From Candidatus Nomurabacteria bacterium (lineage in GTDB: Bacteria; Patescibacteriota; Minisyncoccia; Phycocordibacterales; PALSA-1337), in assembly GCA_943349555.1 (NCBI GenBank), contig CALQZK010000002.1:1-32141 (forward strand): a stretch of 32,141 nt of DNA, read 5' to 3'. Below the pieces are notes generated by a model that saw nothing but the letters and a program-made list of their open reading frames with translations, was not told where the DNA came from and searched no databases. The position numbers and the translations under genes were made by a program. Shown piece after piece: positions 1 through 6,331 of the stretch. How positions within the stretch are numbered: position 1 is the first letter of the stretch; the number at the start of each line of letters is the position of its first letter.

Positions 1-291
1 GAAGCAAATAAAAGAATTTTTGTTAAAGGGATGGAAAAGTTATATAGAAGGCTCTCGGTAAGAGAGTGTGCAAGAATTCAGACCTTTCCAGATACTTTTC
101 TTTTTAAATACAAAGATATTGCTGATGGGTACAAGATGATTGGAAATGCAGTACCAGTCGAATTTGCTTATAATATTGCTCAAAAAATATATCAGGATCT
201 GTCCGTGGTACCTGGATTGATAGGAATTTATCGCAACAAACTTCCAAAGATGCCTCTAAAAAAGACATTAGAATATGCCGAAGGAAAATAA
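1..291 (+). CDS. DNA (cytosine-5)-methyltransferase, C-terminal fragment (5' end upstream of window)
   Basis: Frame 1 is open from nt 1 ([10 protein letters not shown] precedes the ORF-track Met). It contains the motif IX-like [18 protein letters not shown] and motif X GNAVPV of C5-MTases. Stop TAA at 289-291. Confidence 0.85.
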   Translation, partial: EANKRIFVKGMEKLYRRLSVRECARIQTFPDTFLFKYKDIADGYKMIGNAVPVEFAYNIAQKIYQDLSVVPGLIGIYRNKLPKMPLKKTLEYAEGK

Positions 292-715
292 AATTAGATT
301 ATTCTTTCTTAAACTTAGAAAAAGAAAAACTTACCGCCGACGATCATCCTCTCAAAAATCTAAAGCCGAGCATACTCTTCATAAAACTTCAGCTTTAACC
401 CTCGTCACCTCCCGCCTTTCCCACTTCGCTTCAATCTACAAAACCACCCACCAAATACCACTCACCTACCACCGAGTCACGATTCGCAACCAATCTTCCC
501 GTTGGGGTTCATGTTCTAGAAAAGGGAATTTGAGTTTCAACTATCGTATAGCACTTCTGCCTCCAGAACTTGCTGATTACATCATTGTGCATGAACTATG
601 TCATCTTGGGGAATTTAATCATTCAAAAAAGTTTTGGGATCTTGTGGAGAAAACTATTCCAAACTGGCCCCAACTACGAGCAGAATTAAAGGTATATAAT
701 AAAACTCTTTTTTAG
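275..715 (+). CDS. YgjP/DUF45-type (M48-like) zinc metallopeptidase
   Basis: 146-aa ORF whose ATG overlaps the MTase 3' end by 17 nt. [23 protein letters not shown] followed by [19 protein letters not shown] gives the WGSC + HExxH + NHS signature of DUF45 proteins. Confidence 0.75.
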   Translation: MPKENKIRLFFLKLRKRKTYRRRSSSQKSKAEHTLHKTSALTLVTSRLSHFASIYKTTHQIPLTYHRVTIRNQSSRWGSCSRKGNLSFNYRIALLPPELADYIIVHELCHLGEFNHSKKFWDLVEKTIPNWPQLRAELKVYNKTLF

Positions 716-717
716 CA

Positions 718-726
718 TGATATAAT
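718..726 (+). promoter_or_regulatory. Extended -10 element TGATATAAT upstream of dinB
   Basis: TGnTATAAT match located 4 nt before an in-frame GTG (731). No convincing -35. Confidence 0.4.
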
Positions 727-853
727 AAAAGTGTTACGAGACTAATCTACTACTCCATCATTTACACACAGGTTTACAAAGAAGCCAAAAACAGTACTTC
801 ACCTCGACGGTGATGCATTTTTTGTAGGTGTAGAGGTAGCCAAGAACCCTGCC

Positions 854-1993
854 TTGCGAGGCCTACCCGTGGTCACAGGACAAGACCGGGGGATAGTTAC
901 TGCGGTGTCTTACAGTGCTAAAGCCTTAGGGATTACTCGCGGGTTGCCGATATTTCGGGTGAAAAGAGATTACCCCAATGTCATTATCCTGCCAGGAGAT
1001 TATCCTTCCTACGTTCATTATTCCGGATTGATGTTTGATATTGTGCGAAGATACGCAGATGATGTAGAGGAATATAGTATCGATGAATGCTTTGCCGATA
1101 TCACCGGCTTGGACAAACCTCTGAAGATGACTTACCGAGAGATTGCAGAGAGGATAAAAAAAGAAATAAATGAAGAGCTTGACCTTTCCATTTCTGTGGG
1201 CGTAGCTCCGACAAAATCTCTGGCCAAAGTCGCTTCTAAATGGGTGAAGCCCAATGGTCTGACTGTTATTGAAAAAGAAACAGCCCACAACTTTCTGGAA
1301 AGAACTCCTATAGAAAAGATATGGGGAATTGGAAACCAGACTTCCATTTTTCTGAAAAAGAGAGGGATAAAAACTGCAGTAGATTTCGCCTGCAAGAAAA
1401 GGGAGTGGGTGGAGGAAAATCTTTCCAAGCCTTATAAAGCAATCTGGTACGAGCTCAATGCGATTCCTATCATGGAAGTTGATCCTCTGCCGAAGCTTCT
1501 TTATTCTTCTATACAGAAGACCCAGACATTCCGTCCTCCAAGCAATGATAAGATTTTTCTTCTTTCACAGCTTTCCGGGCATATAGAAGATGCTTGTGCA
1601 AAAGCTCGGCGTTATGATCTCGTGCCAAAATCAATTTCATTTTTCCTCAAGACCCAAGACTTCAGATATGTTTCCCGCTCTCTCCACCTCGCATGTGCCA
1701 CCAATGCTCCGGAAGCCATCATTCCTCTGGCTCATATAGAGTTGGAAAAGATGCATGTGAAGGATGTCCTATATCGCACGGCTGGAGTCGGTCTGCACGG
1801 CCTTGTTCCAGGAAAAGCATACCAAGGTGATCTTTTCGGAGGCACAGCGAAAGCCGGAAAGTTTGAGGAGATACACAAGAGGATGGATGTTCTGGAAAAG
1901 AAATGGGGAAGAAAGATGGTGTGGGTGGGGAGTTCGGGGAGTGATGGGAATGATAAAATGTCGGAGATGAAAGGTGATAAGTTGTTTTTGTGA
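854..1993 (+). CDS. dinB: Y-family DNA polymerase IV (DinB); possibly a pseudogene, since the conserved N-terminus upstream has no start codon
   Basis: Motifs seen: SIDECFADIT (catalytic Asp-Glu), VGVAPTKSLAKVAS, IWGIG helix-hairpin-helix, and a C-terminal DKLFL clamp-binding-like tail. The ORF-track start is TTG 854, but homology continues upstream in frame (KKPKTVLHLDGDAFFVGVEV, nt 782-841) with no ATG/GTG/TTG after the TAA at 743-745. Confidence 0.8.
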   Translation: MRGLPVVTGQDRGIVTAVSYSAKALGITRGLPIFRVKRDYPNVIILPGDYPSYVHYSGLMFDIVRRYADDVEEYSIDECFADITGLDKPLKMTYREIAERIKKEINEELDLSISVGVAPTKSLAKVASKWVKPNGLTVIEKETAHNFLERTPIEKIWGIGNQTSIFLKKRGIKTAVDFACKKREWVEENLSKPYKAIWYELNAIPIMEVDPLPKLLYSSIQKTQTFRPPSNDKIFLLSQLSGHIEDACAKARRYDLVPKSISFFLKTQDFRYVSRSLHLACATNAPEAIIPLAHIELEKMHVKDVLYRTAGVGLHGLVPGKAYQGDLFGGTAKAGKFEEIHKRMDVLEKKWGRKMVWVGSSGSDGNDKMSEMKGDKLFL

Positions 1994-1999
1994 TATAAT
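1991..1999 (+). promoter_or_regulatory. Extended -10 TGATATAAT, 6 nt before ATG 2006 (leaderless-type promoter)
   Basis: TGATATAAT-TTTCAT-ATG. The TGA of the element is also the dinB stop codon (1991-1993). The junction is nearly identical to the one at 28337-28320 on the minus strand. Confidence 0.55.
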
Positions 2000-2005
2000 T
2001 TTCAT

Positions 2006-2578
2006 ATGCACTTCCTCAAAAGACACCGCTTCATCATCCTCTCCACTCTCCTGATTCTTCTCCTTGTTGGAGGGATTGAACTCTACTCTGGAAGATCTCC
2101 TCTTGGTCCCGATGGTATGTTCGGCTGGTGGGATGGGAATATCTGGGGGAGCGAGAATTCGCAGAGAGTAGCCGATGTCTATTCTTTTTCTCATATCATC
2201 CACGGTCTCATTTTCTACGGCTTCCTTTTTCTTGTAGCTAGGCGCATGCCGATCAGGTATCGTTTTCTCATTGCCATTCTCTTAGAGGGAGGCTGGGAAC
2301 TTCTAGAAAATTCTTCCATCATCATTGATCGTTATAGAGAGGCTACAATTGCCCAAGGGTATGTGGGTGATAGCGTTTTAAATTCCGTTTCTGATGTCAT
2401 TATGGCCGGAATAGGCTTCATAATCGCCTGGAAGTCACGCATTTGGGCAAGTGTTCTGCTCATTATTGTCTTTGAACTCGGCTGTCTATGGTGGGTTCGT
2501 GACAATCTGACTCTCAATGTAATCATGCTTGTTCACCCTGTGGAGTCAATAAAAGTCTGGCAATCGGAAGGACATTAA
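2006..2578 (+). CDS. Integral membrane protein, DUF2585/UPF0314-like
   Basis: 190 aa with several hydrophobic helices. WGSENSQRVADVYSFSHIIHGLIFYG and RDNLTLNVIMLVHPVESIKVWQ match my memory of UPF0314 proteins; no search was run. Confidence 0.7.
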   Translation: MHFLKRHRFIILSTLLILLLVGGIELYSGRSPLGPDGMFGWWDGNIWGSENSQRVADVYSFSHIIHGLIFYGFLFLVARRMPIRYRFLIAILLEGGWELLENSSIIIDRYREATIAQGYVGDSVLNSVSDVIMAGIGFIIAWKSRIWASVLLIIVFELGCLWWVRDNLTLNVIMLVHPVESIKVWQSEGH

Positions 2579-2582
2579 AAAA

Positions 2583-2598
2583 GGGCACTTGCGTGCCC
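2583..2598. terminator. Bidirectional rho-independent terminator between convergent genes
   Basis: GGGCAC-TTGC-GTGCCC hairpin. On the minus strand it is followed directly by TTTTTTAAT (3' of the HNH gene). On the plus strand it is preceded by an A-run and followed by GATTTACTGCTGTTTATTTTTTT. Confidence 0.7.
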
Positions 2599-2626
2599 GA
2601 TTTACTGCTGTTTATTTTTTTAAATT

Positions 2627-3070
2627 CTAATCATCTTTTGGTTCTGCCCTTACTCTTGCGATAAGTTCAATCCGGATACGGTATCCAGGATCAATCCAAG
2701 TCTCGTTCATATCCTCGACGATTTCCTCCAGATTCCTCTCACCAACAAAGGCTGACCAGGCTTCTTTCTTCCTGATCCGAGACTTCCTGCTCCCCAGCCA
2801 ATGTCCCTCACGCCTTTTCCGCTCAATTGATTGGGCGGTGCTGGTGCCAAAGATATCCAGAAACATGTTGAATCTCTCAATCACTTTCTCGATTGGAAAG
2901 CTATCGAAAAGCACGTGCCAGGCTTCATGTCTATAGCGCGGCACTAATGATATGTTGGAGTTCTCATCAGTACCGCCCTGCTTTCTTGGTCGCTTATGGT
3001 GCCTGGTGATGTCATTCGGCTTGTTGGTGTTTCTTGTCCTTTTGAATCTCTTCCGATTGGTGCTTTTAAT
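2627..3070 (-). CDS. Small HNH-family endonuclease; 5' end uncertain (candidate ATT start at 3070-3068, or frameshifted from ATG 3101-3099)
   Basis: The minus-strand frame is open from 3097 to 2627. It encodes ITRHHKRPRKQGGTDENSNISLVPRYRHEAWHVLF, the HH..P....GG....N......H.AWH.LF pattern of small HNH proteins. The ORF-track start (GTG 2944) lies downstream of the His-His (3001-2996), so it is too short. AGGAGG lies 4 nt before ATT 3070-3068. Confidence 0.55.
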   Translation of the reverse strand: MKSTNRKRFKRTRNTNKPNDITRHHKRPRKQGGTDENSNISLVPRYRHEAWHVLFDSFPIEKVIERFNMFLDIFGTSTAQSIERKRREGHWLGSRKSRIRKKEAWSAFVGERNLEEIVEDMNETWIDPGYRIRIELIARVRAEPKDD

Positions 3071-3168
3071 ATTTCCTCCTGGTTGAGAGTTTGACCGTCA
3101 TGTGCTGTATGTGACCCAAATATAGTATACTTATTTTTTAATTTTGGGAAAGGAGGTATGATAATGCC

Positions 3169-3771
3169 ATGAAATACCTAATCGGCATTGATGAGGTTGG
3201 TCGTGGACCTATCGCTGGACCGGTGGCAGTTGGAGCTTTTGTGTTTCTCACTCCTGATTCAGATAAATTTTTTAAGGGTGTTAAGGAATCAAAGCAATTG
3301 AGCGAGGAGAGGAGAGAGGAGTGGTTCAAAGTCATCCAGCAGAAAAGTGACGAAAAATTGGTCGCTTTTTCAGTATGCTTCCAGAGTCAGAAGATCATAG
3401 ACAGCAAAGGTCTTTCTTTTGCAATCAAAAAATGCGTACAGAATTGTTTGAATAAACTCTCTATCAATCCGGCAGATTGTAGAGTTTTGCTGGATGGTGG
3501 TCTTAAAGCACCTGCACATTTTAAGAATCAAAAGACAATTATAAAAGGCGATGCGAAGGAAAAAGTTATTGCTCTGGCTTCCATATGCGCAAAAGTGCTG
3601 AGGGATAGGAAAATGAAAGAATGGGGTAGGAAATATCCGGCATACGGGTTTGAGGTACACAAGGGGTACGGGACGAAGCGGCATTATGAGGCTTTGAGGA
3701 GTAATGGTTTGATGGCTCTCCATAGGCGTAGTTTTTGTAAAAGAATTGCTATTGACAATAAACTAGTATAA
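3169..3771 (+). CDS. rnhB: Ribonuclease HII
   Basis: IGIDEVGRGPIAGPV (catalytic D-E), LLDGG, ALASICAKVLRDRKM and GYGTKRH are typical RNase HII motifs. AGGAGG lies 12 nt upstream of the ATG. Confidence 0.9.
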   Translation: MKYLIGIDEVGRGPIAGPVAVGAFVFLTPDSDKFFKGVKESKQLSEERREEWFKVIQQKSDEKLVAFSVCFQSQKIIDSKGLSFAIKKCVQNCLNKLSINPADCRVLLDGGLKAPAHFKNQKTIIKGDAKEKVIALASICAKVLRDRKMKEWGRKYPAYGFEVHKGYGTKRHYEALRSNGLMALHRRSFCKRIAIDNKLV

Positions 3772-3864
3772 TGTTAATCTACTGTTAGATTGAATTTCCT
3801 CCCATCGTCTGATGATTAGGAAATCGAAACAGTGTTTGGTAAATAAAAGACAGATTAGAGTATT

Positions 3865-4248
3865 ATGAAAGAAATACCAATTATCAGCATCTCCGGTCTT
3901 GGGATCAATCAACAAGAAATAGCACAGAACAGGCAATTATTGCATACTGTGACCTACGAACAAGATGTTCCTTGGTGGGAAGATGGCCATACGACACCAA
4001 GCAAGAAATACTATATCTATGTAATAGATCCTGCCGATCTCGGCAAATCAAAGGCGGAATGGGAAGGTAAACAACGTTTCACTTTTGCAAAACATTGGAG
4101 TACAGGCTCTGGTACAAAAGCAATGTTGATGGACAATGGCACCATCGAGAAGGAGGAAATCAATCACACGATGTTTCCGCCACAGCGACAAATATGGGTC
4201 AAGGGAAATAAGTTGGGAAGTTTTATCTTCTCTGTCCCTGTGATATAA
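3865..4248 (+). CDS. Hypothetical protein (127 aa), no recognisable family
   Basis: ATG-initiated 384-nt ORF with protein-like composition. It sits between noncoding stretches of 93 and 157 nt. I saw no recognisable motifs. Confidence 0.45.
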   Translation: MKEIPIISISGLGINQQEIAQNRQLLHTVTYEQDVPWWEDGHTTPSKKYYIYVIDPADLGKSKAEWEGKQRFTFAKHWSTGSGTKAMLMDNGTIEKEEINHTMFPPQRQIWVKGNKLGSFIFSVPVI

Positions 4249-4368
4249 GCATCGCTTCTCGATCGTCCTCATTCATAGTTCGTTGATTTCAAAAAAAAGC
4301 GTGGGGTTGCTTTGAAAACTCTTACAAAAACTCATTTTCGGATGGGTTTTGTTGTTTATATACACATC

Positions 4369-4397
4369 TTGCAAAAAACCGCCATATAAGCTAGTAT
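4369..4397 (+). promoter_or_regulatory. Sigma70-type promoter TTGCAA-17-TAGTAT for rpmF (near-leaderless)
   Basis: TTGCAA at 4369-4374, a 17-nt spacer, TAGTAT at 4392-4397, then ATG 4406 only 8 nt after the -10. Confidence 0.5.
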
Positions 4398-4405
4398 ATA
4401 GACAT

Positions 4406-4651
4406 ATGGTAAATCGAATGAGAGCTACTCGGGCGCACCGAGACAACCGCAGATCACATCATGCTTTGGACGATGTGCGTCTTTCCAAATGCTCCAACTG
4501 TAGTGCTATGCACTTGCGACATAAACTATGCGTCGCCTGCGGATTTTATAAAGGAGTTAAGATAGTGGACATGAAGGCCTTGATAGCAAAGAAAGTCACG
4601 AAGCAGAAAGCGAAAGAGAAGAGTAGAGAGACGGCTGGGGCGAAAAGATAA
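4406..4651 (+). CDS. rpmF: 50S ribosomal protein L32 (zinc-ribbon form, Lys-rich C-terminal tail)
   Basis: MVNRMRATRAHRDNRRSHHAL...CSNC...CVACGFYKG matches the L32 N-terminal motif plus CxxC...CxxC. The in-frame ATG at 4406 fits better than the ORF-track TTG at 4349. Confidence 0.85.
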   Translation: MVNRMRATRAHRDNRRSHHALDDVRLSKCSNCSAMHLRHKLCVACGFYKGVKIVDMKALIAKKVTKQKAKEKSRETAGAKR

Positions 4652-4684
4652 GTAGGTAAAGTTTAGAAAAAGTTCTTCAAAAAA

Positions 4685-5605
4685 ATGGCAAATAGACACC
4701 TCTCAAGATCAGTAGTCCTCCAGTCACTCTTCGAGTGGGACTTTCGGGGCTGTCATGAAGATGCTGTAAAATGCGATGTCAAAACAATAATTTCCCGCAA
4801 TGCCAAGGAATTTGCTCCAGGTATGGGCGATGTTTCCTTTGTCGAGGATCTAATTGCCAATGTGCTAGCCAAGAAGCCCGATCTAGACAGGATCATAGAA
4901 AAGGCAGCTCCAGACTGGCCCATAGACAAAGTTTCTTTTGTAGATCGCAATGTCTTGCGTATGGGGCTTTACGAGCTTCTTTTTGCTGATCGAGAAGAAG
5001 TACCAGCAAAGGTTGCTATAAATGAAGCCATAGAATTGGCTAAGACCTTCGGCGGAGATAATAGTGGAAAGTTCGTTAATGGGGTACTTGGCTCGGTGTA
5101 TAAGGAATTGGGAGAGCCTGGCAAAGACGACGTCATCAAGAAAAAAAAGAAAAAGATAGAGGATATACCGTACGAAGAAATGCCCATTCAGAATCTCGGA
5201 GGCGCAGTGGTCTATGCCAAGAAAGGTGATGAAATATACATGGCCTTTGTCCATGACATCTTCGGACATTGGACTCTCTCGAAAGGTAAACTAGAGGGTA
5301 ATGAGGATGTACGAGCAGGAACAGAAAGAGAAATAAAAGAAGAGATGGGATTGGATATTAAGATAGAAACCGACCTAGGCAAGAATGAATATATTGCCAA
5401 TGATCCGGAGAAAGGAAAGTTAAGAAAGCAAGTGCATTACTTTCTTGCAAAATCAAAATTCGAGCCCCTCAAACTCGGACCAAGCAAAGGTCTAGACGAT
5501 GCCAAGTGGTTCAAACTCGCCGACATCCTTGAATTGAATTTTTATAATGACATTTTACCCATAGTTACAAAATCCATTACACTTTTAAGTCAAGAACTGA
5601 AATAG
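4685..5605 (+). CDS. nusB: NusB antitermination factor fused to a C-terminal Nudix hydrolase domain
   Basis: aa 1-145 carry NusB motifs: RNVLRMGLYELLF, VPAKVAINEAIELAKTFGGDNSGKFVNGVLG. A poly-Lys linker (KKKKKK) follows. aa ~165-306 carry a perfect Nudix box GKLEGNEDVRAGTEREIKEEMGL (Gx5Ex7REUxEExGU, nt 5285-5353). Confidence 0.8.
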   Translation: MANRHLSRSVVLQSLFEWDFRGCHEDAVKCDVKTIISRNAKEFAPGMGDVSFVEDLIANVLAKKPDLDRIIEKAAPDWPIDKVSFVDRNVLRMGLYELLFADREEVPAKVAINEAIELAKTFGGDNSGKFVNGVLGSVYKELGEPGKDDVIKKKKKKIEDIPYEEMPIQNLGGAVVYAKKGDEIYMAFVHDIFGHWTLSKGKLEGNEDVRAGTEREIKEEMGLDIKIETDLGKNEYIANDPEKGKLRKQVHYFLAKSKFEPLKLGPSKGLDDAKWFKLADILELNFYNDILPIVTKSITLLSQELK

Positions 5606-5608
5606 AAT

Positions 5609-6322
5609 ATGCCAATTCCTAATTTCCAAAAATTCTCGGAGAAAATGGGTGTAAAATTTAACGACATCAATCTCCTCAAACAAGCCTGCACACACAGGTC
5701 TTTTCTCAATGAGAATAAATCACAAAAGGGTGGGGTGGCACTGGAGCATAATGAAAGATTGGAATTCCTGGGAGACGCTGTGCTCGAACTCGTCATTACC
5801 AGCTATCTATATCGCAAATATCCCGACAAACACGAAGGAGACCTGACTTCATATCGATCTGCCCTTGTGAATACCCACAGCTTGGCCAGGGTTGCGGCTG
5901 CTCTCGGGGTAAATGACTATTTATTAATGTCAAAAGGTGAATCGAGGGATACCGGCAGAGCGCGATCAATTATCATGGCGGACAGCATAGAGGCTATTAT
6001 CGGAGCAATATATATGGATCAGGGGTATGACTCCTCAGCAAATTTTATTTCCTCTAATCTTCTTGAGGTCATTGATTTGGATGAAATAGTAGACAAAAAG
6101 CTCTGGCTGGATGCCAAGAGCCGTTTCCAAGAAAAAGCGCAGGAAGAAGCTGGTCTTACACCTTCGTATAAGACCATGAAAGAGACTGGACCAGATCATA
6201 ATAAGATGTTCACCCTCGGAGTTTTTATTGGCGATGAGCAGATAGCCATCGGCACCGGTCTCTCCAAGCAGGAGGCGGAGCAAAAGGCGGCAGAGAAAGC
6301 CCTAGAAGTGAAAGGGTGGTAA
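5609..6322 (+). CDS. rnc: Ribonuclease III
   Basis: The NERLEFLGDAVLELV signature, DSIEAIIGAIY, and a C-terminal dsRBD (GPDHNKMFT...GLSKQEAEQKAAEKAL). It starts 4 nt after the nusB-Nudix stop. Confidence 0.95.
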   Translation: MPIPNFQKFSEKMGVKFNDINLLKQACTHRSFLNENKSQKGGVALEHNERLEFLGDAVLELVITSYLYRKYPDKHEGDLTSYRSALVNTHSLARVAAALGVNDYLLMSKGESRDTGRARSIIMADSIEAIIGAIYMDQGYDSSANFISSNLLEVIDLDEIVDKKLWLDAKSRFQEKAQEEAGLTPSYKTMKETGPDHNKMFTLGVFIGDEQIAIGTGLSKQEAEQKAAEKALEVKGW

Positions 6323-6331
6323 AATACTCCT

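Noticed and set aside
3752-3771. TTGACA followed by TATAAT at the end of rnhB.
   Set aside because: The spacer is only 8 nt, which is incompatible with sigma70 -35/-10 geometry. At most the TAGTATAAT could act alone as a -10.
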